IMG/VR virus record: IMGVR_UViG_2617270973_000013
Location: 1-7,648 of that record
Length of the DNA stretch: 7,648 bases
Source of the DNA: a virus
Lineage: Duplodnaviria; Heunggongvirae; Uroviricota; Caudoviricetes
Reading direction: 5' to 3' (one strand)
Numbering within the stretch: position 1 is the stretch's first letter; every line of letters starts with the position of its first letter. Below the pieces are notes generated by a model. That model was not told the origin of the DNA. It made no database searches and saw nothing but the letters and a program-made list of their open reading frames with translations. A program made the position numbers and the translations under genes. Below, piece by piece: positions 1 through 6,692 of the stretch.

Positions 1-801
1 TATGTTTCTGATGCGATGAAAGTGGTGGATTCTGCCGTATCGGATGCCGCCAGGCTGTTGCAGGGGGATATCTCGGTACTTCTGCCGCCACCATCGTCAG
101 GCAAAAATCTCGTTGAGCAGGTGCAGAAAATGTGGCGTACCGGGAAACGCCTTTATGGTAACGCCAGCGACCTGGTCACCATGATCAAAACGCTTTCCGG
201 TGTCAGCCTCGGCAGCGATCTGCAACCGCGCGGCGTCTGGAAAACGGACAGTAAAACCACCGCCACGGCGACGCAGCAGCGTAATGTGGTTGCCAGCACC
301 CTTCGTACGACCGCAATCAGCGAAGCGGCGTATGCCGTCACCCGATTGCCTGCGCCAACAACTTCCGCGGTGATGCAGAATTCCGCAGTGGGGCAGGCAA
401 CAACACCTGCGCAGAGCACTGGCTGGCCTTCCGTCACGCATCCGGCACTGAACAATGCACCGGCGGTGAAAAACACGGTTGACCTGCCGACGTGGGAAGA
501 ACTGACTGACATTCGCGACACACTGAATACGGCAATTGATAAGGAGTTGTCCCGTACAACCAGTGATGCGCTGTTTCTGGCGCTGCGCCGGGTGAAAGCA
601 GATCTGAATGCGGATATCAACACGCGCCTTGAACAGTCTGCACGGATCATTCAGCGCACACCGGATGAGGTTTTACCCGCGCTGGTGCTGGCGGCGACCT
701 GGTTTGATAACGCGGCGCGTGACGCGGACATTATCCGGCGTAATGCCATTACGCATCCCGGCTTTGTGCCGGTGATCCCTCTGAAGGTGCCAGTGCAATG
801 A
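1..801 (+). CDS. Tail protein, 5'-truncated at window edge; likely Mu gp43 (N, DNA-circulation)-like C-terminal portion
   Basis: The frame is open from position 1 with no stop, and there is no Shine-Dalgarno before the ATG at 16, so the gene probably starts upstream of the window. Its stop TGA (799-801) overlaps the next gene's ATG (798-800) as ATGA. Identity is inferred from position immediately upstream of a gp44/P-like hub gene, as in Mu; the Ala/Thr/Ser-rich sequence was not recognised directly. Confidence 0.5.
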   Translation, partial: YVSDAMKVVDSAVSDAARLLQGDISVLLPPPSSGKNLVEQVQKMWRTGKRLYGNASDLVTMIKTLSGVSLGSDLQPRGVWKTDSKTTATATQQRNVVASTLRTTAISEAAYAVTRLPAPTTSAVMQNSAVGQATTPAQSTGWPSVTHPALNNAPAVKNTVDLPTWEELTDIRDTLNTAIDKELSRTTSDALFLALRRVKADLNADINTRLEQSARIIQRTPDEVLPALVLAATWFDNAARDADIIRRNAITHPGFVPVIPLKVPVQ

Positions 802-1877
802 ACGACAATGTCACGCTACGGGTAAATGGCCGGGAGTGGAATGGCTGGACATCGGTGCGCATCGGTGCCGGTATTGAACGGCTGGCGCGGGATTTCAGTG
901 TGGAGATCACCCGCCAGTGGCCGGGAGATGAGGGTATCACCACGCTTCAGCCGCGCATTAAAAACGGTTCAAAAGTGGAAGTGCTGATTGGTGATGAGCT
1001 GGTGATCACCGGCTGGGTGGAGGCGACTCCCGTTCGTTACGATGCCCGTTCGGTCAGCACCGGTATTGCCGGACGTAGTCTGACGGCTGACCTGATTGAC
1101 TGTGCAGCCGAACCGACACAGTTTAACGGACGCTCGCTGGTGCAGATTGCGCAGGCGCTTGCTGCGCCTTTCGGCATTGAGGTGGTGAACAGCGGTGCGC
1201 CGTCGGGTGTTATTCCTGATGTTCAGCCTGATCACGGTGAAACGGTGATTGAGGTAATCAACAAAATACTCGGTCAGCAGCAGGCACTGGCTTACGACGA
1301 CCCGCACGGCAGGCTGGTGATTGGCGGTATTGGCTCAACGCGGGCACATACTGCGCTGGTACTCGGGGAAAACATCCTTTCCTGCGATACGGAGAAGAGT
1401 ATCCGGGAGCGATTTTCTGTTTACCAGGTGGCGGGGCAGCGTGCCGGAAACGACGATGATTTCGGTGAGACCACCACCACCGCGCTGCGGGCCCGCACAG
1501 AGGACGCATTTATTGCCCGTTACCGTCCGATGTATATCAGGCAGACAGGGCAGGCCACGGGGGCAGGCTGTATTGCGCGTGCTGACTTTGAAGCCCGACA
1601 ACGGGCGGCGCGGACGGATGAAACCACCTATTTGGTGCAGGGCTGGCGACAGGGTAACGGTACGCTGTGGCAGCCCAACCAGCGGGTGATTGTCTTCGAT
1701 CCGGTCTGTGGTTTCGACAATACCGAACTGCTTGTCTCGGAAGTCACGTTCACTCAGGACCAGAACGGCACCATGACGGAAATCCGTGTCGGCCCACCTG
1801 ATGCTTATCTGCCTGAACCCGAAGCCCCCGGCGCGCGGAAAAAGAAAAAAGCCAGAGTGCAGGAGGACCCGTTCTGA
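798..1877 (+). CDS. Baseplate hub / tail protein, Mu gp44 (P) / P2 gpD-like
   Basis: 359-aa ORF, close to the size I recall for Mu gp44, in the expected position. Start overlaps the upstream stop (ATGA) and the stop overlaps the next start (TGATG at 1875-1879). The C-terminus carries a Lys-rich tail (KKKKAR). Confidence 0.7.
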   Translation: MNDNVTLRVNGREWNGWTSVRIGAGIERLARDFSVEITRQWPGDEGITTLQPRIKNGSKVEVLIGDELVITGWVEATPVRYDARSVSTGIAGRSLTADLIDCAAEPTQFNGRSLVQIAQALAAPFGIEVVNSGAPSGVIPDVQPDHGETVIEVINKILGQQQALAYDDPHGRLVIGGIGSTRAHTALVLGENILSCDTEKSIRERFSVYQVAGQRAGNDDDFGETTTTALRARTEDAFIARYRPMYIRQTGQATGAGCIARADFEARQRAARTDETTYLVQGWRQGNGTLWQPNQRVIVFDPVCGFDNTELLVSEVTFTQDQNGTMTEIRVGPPDAYLPEPEAPGARKKKKARVQEDPF

Positions 1878-2425
1878 TGAGGACGATTGAAGCCATGCAG
1901 CGACAACTCCTCGGCCTGATTGGGCGGGCAGTGGTGAAAAGCATCAGTGCCGCCACGAAATGTCAGACCGTGGATGTGTCCCTGATTGCCGGTGAACCCA
2001 AAGCCGGGGTTGAACATCTTGAACCCTACGGTTTTACCGCAAGGGCAAACAGCGGTGCGGAAGCGGTGGTGTTGTTTCCGGATGGTGACCGTTCTCATGC
2101 GGTGGTTGTTACGGTGTCGGACCGGCGCTACCGCCTGAAAGGGCTGCAGACGGGTGAGGTGGCTGTCTATGACGATCAGGGGCAGTCCGTGACGCTGGCC
2201 CGGGAGGGGATCGTGGTGGACGGTGCAGGTAAAACGATCACGTTTCGCAATGCGCCTAAGGCACGTTTTGAAATGGACCTGGAAGTGACCGGACAGGTGA
2301 AAGACCTGTGCGACTCCACCGGCACCACCATGTCAGCGATGCGGCTTGCCTATAACGGGCATCGTCACAGAGAGAACGGTCAGGGCAGTAACACCGACAA
2401 ACCTGATAAAGCGATGGAGGCATGA
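1877..2425 (+). CDS. Baseplate assembly protein V-like (Mu gp45-like spike/centrepiece)
   Basis: 182-aa ORF in the expected size and order for a gpV/gp45-like protein. Translationally coupled on both sides (TGATG upstream; ATGATG at 2422-2427 downstream). Confidence 0.65.
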   Translation: MRTIEAMQRQLLGLIGRAVVKSISAATKCQTVDVSLIAGEPKAGVEHLEPYGFTARANSGAEAVVLFPDGDRSHAVVVTVSDRRYRLKGLQTGEVAVYDDQGQSVTLAREGIVVDGAGKTITFRNAPKARFEMDLEVTGQVKDLCDSTGTTMSAMRLAYNGHRHRENGQGSNTDKPDKAMEA

Positions 2426-2850
2426 TGGAACTGTGGCTGACGGTGAACGGTAAACGCACCTGCGCCAGCGCACAACTGGATCCGCTGACCCGCGCCGTGG
2501 TGATTTCCCTGTTTACCTGGCGGCGGGCGGAGCCTGATGACAACGCCGACGTCCCGATGGGATGGTGGGGGGATACCTGGCCTGCGGTACAGAATGACCG
2601 TTACGGCTCCCGACTGTGGCTGCTTCAGCGCAGCAAACTGACCAATCAGCTGGTGCAGACGGTAAGGGGGTATATCCGCGAATGCCTGCAATGGATGATT
2701 GATGACGGCGTGGTGTCCCGTATTGATCTGGATATCCGCCGCACCGGGATTAATGAACTGGGTAACAGTATCACTCTCTGGCGTCGTGACGGACCGGTAA
2801 TGATTTCTTTTGATGATCTGTGGAGTGCGATAACGCATGGCGGACAGTGA
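2422..2850 (+). CDS. Phage GP46-family baseplate protein (Mu gp46 / P2 gpW-like)
   Basis: 142-aa ORF containing a WWGD motif of the kind I associate with the GP46 family. It overlaps the next gene by 14 bp. Confidence 0.65.
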   Translation: MMELWLTVNGKRTCASAQLDPLTRAVVISLFTWRRAEPDDNADVPMGWWGDTWPAVQNDRYGSRLWLLQRSKLTNQLVQTVRGYIRECLQWMIDDGVVSRIDLDIRRTGINELGNSITLWRRDGPVMISFDDLWSAITHGGQ

Positions 2851-3895
2851 ATTTCAGCGCCCGACGCTGGCAGAAAATATCAGTATGCTCCGTAACGATT
2901 TATTCGCCAGGCTGGACGTCAGCGACACGCTCCGGCGCATGGATGAAGACGTGCGGGCAAAGGTGTATGCGGCGGCGCTGCATACGGTTTACGGGTACAT
3001 CGATTATCTGGCAATGAATATGCTGCCTGACCTGTGCGATGAGTCCTGGCTGGCGCGACATGCTGCGATGAAACGGTGTCCGCGCAAGGGGGCCACGGCT
3101 GCCAGCGGGTATATGCGCTGGGAAGGTGTCAGCGATGGCCTGAAGGTGACCGCCGGGAGTGTTATTCAGCGCGATGACCTGGTTCAGTACACGGCAACTG
3201 CCGATGCAACCAGCTCCGGTGGTGTCCTGCGCGTGCCGATCGCCTGCTCAAGTGCAGGTGCGGTCGGTAACGCTGACGACGGTACGGCATTAATCCTGGT
3301 CACGCCGGTGAATGGTCTGCCGTCTTCCGGTGTGGCTGACACCCTTACAGGCGGATTTGATACTGAAGAGCTGGAAACGTGGCGCGCCCGCGTCATTGAG
3401 CGGTATTACTGGACGCCTCAGGGCGGGGCTGACGGGGACTATGTCGTCTGGGCTAAAGAAGTGCCCGGCATTACCCGCGCATGGACATACCGTCACTGGA
3501 TGGGAACGGGAACTGTCGGTGTGATGATTGCCAGCAGTGACCTGATTAATCCCATTCCGGAAGAATCAACGGAAACGGCAGCAAGACAACATATCGTGCC
3601 ACTGGCCCCGGTGGCAGGCTCTGATTTGTATGTATTCAGGCCGGTGGCACATACGGTGGATTTTCATATCCGCGTGACGCCGGACACACCAGAAATACGA
3701 GCCGCCATCACCGCGGAGTTGCGTTCGTTTCTTCTGCGTGATGGTTATCCGCAGGGAGAACTGAAGGTATCGCGTATCAGTGAGGCGATTTCCGGTGCGA
3801 ACGGGGAATATAGCCATCAGTTGCTTGCACCGGCAGACAATATCTCCATTGCGAAAAATGAACTGGCGGTTCTGGGGACGATTTCATGGACGTGA
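2837..3895 (+). CDS. Baseplate J-like protein (Mu gp47-like wedge subunit)
   Basis: 352-aa ORF, matching the size and position expected for a Baseplate_J protein between gp46 and gp48. It overlaps the next gene by 10 bp (ATG 3886, stop 3893-3895). Confidence 0.7.
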   Translation: MADSEFQRPTLAENISMLRNDLFARLDVSDTLRRMDEDVRAKVYAAALHTVYGYIDYLAMNMLPDLCDESWLARHAAMKRCPRKGATAASGYMRWEGVSDGLKVTAGSVIQRDDLVQYTATADATSSGGVLRVPIACSSAGAVGNADDGTALILVTPVNGLPSSGVADTLTGGFDTEELETWRARVIERYYWTPQGGADGDYVVWAKEVPGITRAWTYRHWMGTGTVGVMIASSDLINPIPEESTETAARQHIVPLAPVAGSDLYVFRPVAHTVDFHIRVTPDTPEIRAAITAELRSFLLRDGYPQGELKVSRISEAISGANGEYSHQLLAPADNISIAKNELAVLGTISWT

Positions 3896-4470
3896 CAAAC
3901 GATGATTACATCCGTCTGTTGTCGGCACTGTTGCCACCCGGTCCGGCGTGGTCAGCCAGAGATCCGGCGATTGCCGGTGCGGCACCGTCATTAACCCGCG
4001 TTCATCAGCGTGCGGATGCCCTGATGCGGGAGCTGGATCCGCGCACCACCACTGAACTGATAAACCGCTGGGAGCGTCTGTGCGGTCTGCCGGATGAATG
4101 TATTCCGGCGGGAACGCAGACTCTTCGCCAGCGTCAGCAACGGCTGGATGCGAAGGTTAATCTGGCGGGCGGCATCAATGAGGATTTTTACCTTGCACAG
4201 CTTGCTGCCCTGGGCAGACCAGACGCTACTATCACGCGATACGATAAAAGCACGTTCACCTGCTCATCGGCCTGTACTGACGCAGTGAATGCGTCGGAAT
4301 GGCGGTATTACTGGCAGGTCAACATGCCAGCCGCCACCAACACCACCTGGATGACATGTGGCGATCCCTGTGATTCCGCACTGCGTATCTGGGGCGACAC
4401 CGTTGTCGAGTGCGTGCTTAACAAACTCTGCCCGTCGCATACCTACGTAATTTTTAAATATCCGGAGTAA
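3886..4470 (+). CDS. Mu gp48 / P2 gpI-like tail protein (DUF2313, YmfQ-like)
   Basis: 194-aa ORF directly upstream of the tail fibre, the length and position I recall for YmfQ/gp48-family proteins. Stop TAA at 4468-4470 is followed 3 bp later by the stf ATG, with GGAG at 4464-4467. Confidence 0.65.
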   Translation: MDVTNDDYIRLLSALLPPGPAWSARDPAIAGAAPSLTRVHQRADALMRELDPRTTTELINRWERLCGLPDECIPAGTQTLRQRQQRLDAKVNLAGGINEDFYLAQLAALGRPDATITRYDKSTFTCSSACTDAVNASEWRYYWQVNMPAATNTTWMTCGDPCDSALRIWGDTVVECVLNKLCPSHTYVIFKYPE

Positions 4471-4473
4471 TCC

Positions 4474-5238
4474 ATGCATCGTATAGACACGAAAACCGCG
4501 CAGAAGGATAAGTTCGGCGCGGGTAAGAACGGTTTTACCCGTGGTAACCCCCAGACCGGCACACCTGCCACCGATCTGGATGATGACTACTTTGACATGT
4601 TGCAGGAAGAACTCTGCAGCGTGGTGGAGGCATCCGGTGCCAGCCTGGAGAAGGGGCGGCATGACCAGCTGCTTACCGCGCTTCGTGCGCTGCTGTTAAG
4701 CCGCAAGAATCCGTTTGGTGATATCAAATCGGATGGCACGGTGAAAACGGCTCTCGAAAACCTTGGTTTGGGAGAAGGTGCTCCAGCTATTGGCGTTCCG
4801 TTCTTCTGGCCGTCCGCCGCAATGCCAGATACCGTAATCGAAAGCTGGTCCGGCATGGTGTTTTTGAAGTTCAACGGCGCGAAATTCTCTGCCACTGATT
4901 ACCCTGTGCTGGCGAAAGTGTTTCCTTCGCTGGTATTACCTGAAGCCCGCGGTGATTTCATTCGTATCTGGGATGATGGTCGTGGTGTAGATAGTGGACG
5001 TGGATTACTTAGTACGCAGTCTGACCTGATGAAACAATTTACTTTGCAATACTACGGTCCTTCTGCTGGTACTGGAACAAGAACGGTTTTCGCCCTCCAG
5101 AGTAATGCGAACGGCATATATACGAGTGGTATTAGTCAGAATGATGGTAGTGGCACCGCTGCGGCTTTTAATGTACCAGGCGGCACCGAAACACGCCCAC
5201 GTAACATTGCATTCAACTTTTTAGTAAGGGCTAAATAA
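4474..5238 (+). CDS. Tail fibre protein (constant N-terminus Sc, residues 1-~97, fused to variable C-terminus Sv in the present orientation)
   Basis: 254-aa ORF. The N-terminus has a [16 protein letters not shown] motif resembling Mu S / P2 H N-termini (from memory). The C-terminal part ([10 protein letters not shown]...[15 protein letters not shown]) resembles a phage tail-collar / receptor-binding domain. The crossover site sits in-frame at codons 94-101 (LENLGLGE). Stop TAA 5236-5238 overlaps the tfa ATG (TAATG). Confidence 0.8.
   Translation: MHRIDTKTAQKDKFGAGKNGFTRGNPQTGTPATDLDDDYFDMLQEELCSVVEASGASLEKGRHDQLLTALRALLLSRKNPFGDIKSDGTVKTALENLGLGEGAPAIGVPFFWPSAAMPDTVIESWSGMVFLKFNGAKFSATDYPVLAKVFPSLVLPEARGDFIRIWDDGRGVDSGRGLLSTQSDLMKQFTLQYYGPSAGTGTRTVFALQSNANGIYTSGISQNDGSGTAAAFNVPGGTETRPRNIAFNFLVRAK
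4751..4776. repeat. Left crossover site (Hin/Gin-type, 12-2-12): CTCTCGAAAACC-TT-GGTTTGGGAGAA
   Basis: Both half-sites fit the TTnTCnnAAACC pattern recalled for hix/gix/cix sites. A perfect 14-bp inverted copy of 4763-4776 occurs at 6608-6621. The site lies inside the stf coding sequence. Confidence 0.8.
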
Positions 5239-5831
5239 TGAAACCTGTTTTTGATAAAAATGGGCTGGCTACAGTGCCGGGTGATATGCGTTGTTTTTAT
5301 TATGATGCAGTAACGTCTGAATATACTGGCTGGTCTGATGAATATATTAATACTGGTGTAAGTATGCCCGCCTGTTCCACTGGTATTGACCCGGGCGAAT
5401 ACATTCCGGGGAAAGTGGCAGTATTTACGGGTAAGGGATGGAGCCATGAAGAAGACCACCGCAATGAGACTGCTTACTCAATCGAAAATGGCGCAGCTGT
5501 TACAGTGGATTATATCGGTGCCATCAAAGACGGTTATGTCACGCTTTCACCGTTAACGCCATACGATAAATGGGATGGTGAGAAATGGGTGACAGATACT
5601 GAGGCACAGCATAGTGCCGCAGTAGACGCGGCAGAAGCACAGCGCCAGTCGCTGATTGATGCTGCAATGGCTTCCATCAGTCTGATTCAACTGAAATTGC
5701 AGGCCGGGCGGAAGCTGACGCAGGCAGAAACAACCCGACTTAACGCCGTGCTGGATTACATTGACGCGGTGACGGCAACAGATACCAGCACCGCGCCGGA
5801 TATCATCTGGCCTGAACAGCCGGAGGCGTAG
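5238..5831 (+). CDS. Tail fibre assembly chaperone (Tfa / Mu U-like)
   Basis: 197-aa ORF coupled to stf. The C-terminus (LDYIDAVTATDTSTAPDIIWPEQP) carries the conserved tail-fibre-assembly motif and an N-terminal FYYD motif. Confidence 0.8.
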   Translation: MKPVFDKNGLATVPGDMRCFYYDAVTSEYTGWSDEYINTGVSMPACSTGIDPGEYIPGKVAVFTGKGWSHEEDHRNETAYSIENGAAVTVDYIGAIKDGYVTLSPLTPYDKWDGEKWVTDTEAQHSAAVDAAEAQRQSLIDAAMASISLIQLKLQAGRKLTQAETTRLNAVLDYIDAVTATDTSTAPDIIWPEQPEA

Positions 5832-6243
5832 GCCATTCAATATCTGGAGCACTGGAAATATCAACCATTTCCAGTGCGTCCAGATAATCAAGCCATGAAT
5901 TATATTGCGCCAGTTCCTCACCTTTCAGACGACCAATAGCAGCCTTTCCTGGCCACTGCTTACTGTTAATATATTCATTAACTCGATTTATGAGTGCCTG
6001 TTTTTTTCGTTCCGCTTCTGACAGTTGTTCTTCATGAGTTAGCGGCGGTACGTCATCCCATGCAGGATAGCCATCATCACCCGCAACTCTCACCTTCCCT
6101 GGAGGTGGGGACAGGTACTTAATAAATATATCCTCATCAACTTCAACTCCATTATGAGGCCATAACCCAGACTCCTTATACTGACTTTCCAGAGTAAATG
6201 GGTAAAACATATTAGTTTTAGCATCGTAAAGATATTTACTCAT
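5803..6243 (-). CDS. Alternative tail fibre assembly chaperone (Tfa' / U'-like) inside the invertible segment
   Basis: Begins MSKYLYDAKTNMFYPF, a typical Tfa N-terminus, and ends with the conserved LDYLDALEMVDISSAPDIEWPTPP motif. Start ATG at 6243-6241 is preceded by AGGAAG and lies 1 nt after the Sv' stop (TAA at 6247-6245). The 24 extra upstream codons in the ORF track (to 6315) overlap the end of Sv' and are judged not to be the real start. Confidence 0.8.
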   Translation of the reverse strand: MSKYLYDAKTNMFYPFTLESQYKESGLWPHNGVEVDEDIFIKYLSPPPGKVRVAGDDGYPAWDDVPPLTHEEQLSEAERKKQALINRVNEYINSKQWPGKAAIGRLKGEELAQYNSWLDYLDALEMVDISSAPDIEWPTPPAVQAR

Positions 6244-6244
6244 T

Positions 6245-6621
6245 TTATCTTCCTGTAGCAAACCAGCGGCAACCAGCGACAGTTGGAACATTGAAGGATG
6301 GATTTCCTTTATCAAGAGATCCCAGGTTCTCTGCTATGACATTTGAGTTAGTCAATTTATAGAATTGCCATACTGACATTTTCCCTGCCACAGGAGCCTG
6401 GTCATGTTCATTAATAGAAATGACGGCTGTCGGAAATGGGATAGGAAAATTAATCAAAACTTCATTTGTTGTGGCCCCAGTTAGCCCCCATTGTTCAATA
6501 TAACCATCCGGGCTTCGCCTCCATCCCGTCGTTGTATCTCCCCCACACTCCCACGCTGACATATCAGGAATTTGGTTTTGCCCGTTACCCACATCCCGTT
6601 TTGCCGCTTCTCCCAAACCAA
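6245..6621 (-). CDS. Alternative tail fibre C-terminal cassette (Sv'), start-less; expressed only as an in-frame fusion to Sc after inversion
   Basis: - strand ORF with no ATG; the track's initial 'M' is a TTG at 6616-6614. Directly stitching the sequence after inversion at the crossover core gives ...ENLGLGE-AAKRDVGNGQ..., in frame with stf codons 1-98. It is immediately followed by tfa' in the stf-tfa arrangement. Confidence 0.75.
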
Positions 6622-6633
6622 CCTTTCAAATAT
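6608..6633. repeat. Right crossover site: TTCTCCCAAACC-AA-CCTTTCAAATAT (inner half canonical, outer half degenerate)
   Basis: Positions 6608-6621 are the exact reverse complement of 4763-4776. The core AA is the complement of the left core TT, as required for inversion. The site ends 59 bp upstream of the invertase ATG. Confidence 0.8.
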
Positions 6634-6660
6634 TTTTCTGAATCAGGTGATATTTCGCCT

Positions 6661-6687
6661 CTTCTCCTGTTTTTACAACAGGAGAAG
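6661..6687 (+). promoter_or_regulatory. Perfect 10-bp stem / 7-nt loop hairpin (CTTCTCCTGT-ttttaca-ACAGGAGAAG) whose 3' arm contains the invertase Shine-Dalgarno
   Basis: Inverted repeat read directly from the sequence. No U-tract follows on either strand, so it is not a canonical intrinsic terminator. It could equally be a palindromic protein-binding site. Confidence 0.4.
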
Positions 6688-6692
6688 CACTC

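Larger units (their letters stand above)
4763..6621. other. Invertible DNA segment (~1.86 kb) carrying Sv-tfa (+) and tfa'-Sv' (-): tail-fibre host-range switch
   Basis: Bounded by inverted crossover sites with an adjacent invertase gene. It contains two convergent fibre-C-terminus plus chaperone cassettes, and reading frame is preserved across the junction in both orientations. Confidence 0.8.

Noticed and set aside
1837-1853. A-rich tract (GGAAAAAGAAAAAAGCC) as a possible slippery or phase-variable site
   Set aside because: It simply encodes the Lys-rich C-terminal tail (KKKKAR) of the hub protein, 8 codons before its stop. It is interrupted by G, with no downstream structure or alternative frame that would make a shift meaningful.
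97-3817. Numerous antisense and alternative-frame ORFs in the track (e.g. 97-441 -, 153-650 -, 969-1307 -, 1258-1509 -, 1321-1689 +, 1805-2098 -, 2380-2838 -, 3184-3396 -, 3566-3817 -)
   Set aside because: They lie wholly inside longer, syntenic, translationally coupled phage tail genes in a GC-rich region where long spurious ORFs are expected. Their translations are Arg/Cys/Pro-rich and low-complexity, with no recognisable motifs or ribosome-binding sites.
4094-4895. ORFs 4094-4288 (+), 4264-4662 (-) and 4587-4895 (-) overlapping gp48 and stf
   Set aside because: Embedded in or antisense to the well-supported gp48-like and tail-fibre genes; no start context or recognisable domains.
5136-5921. 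- strand ORFs 5136-5459 and 5553-5921 antisense to stf/tfa
   Set aside because: Antisense to well-supported genes with no conserved motifs. The real - strand gene here is tfa' (5803-6243), which only partly overlaps the second ORF and is in a different frame.
6244-6315. 24-codon N-terminal extension (MIKEIHPSMFQLSLVAAGLLQEDK) of the tfa' ORF
   Set aside because: It overlaps the 3' end of Sv' in another frame. The internal ATG at 6243 has an AGGAAG Shine-Dalgarno and gives the typical Tfa N-terminus MSKYLYDAK, so the shorter gene model is preferred.
6614-6616. TTG 'start codon' of the Sv' ORF as an independent translation start
   Set aside because: The codon lies inside the crossover site with no ribosome-binding site. 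Sv' is much better explained as a silent cassette expressed by fusion to Sc after inversion.
4751-6633. Promoter-inversion (fim-like) phase switch, or a diversity-generating retroelement targeting the fibre
   Set aside because: The inverted segment carries coding cassettes rather than a promoter, and the recombinase is a serine invertase, not a FimB/E-type tyrosine recombinase. No reverse transcriptase gene or template/variable repeat pair is present.
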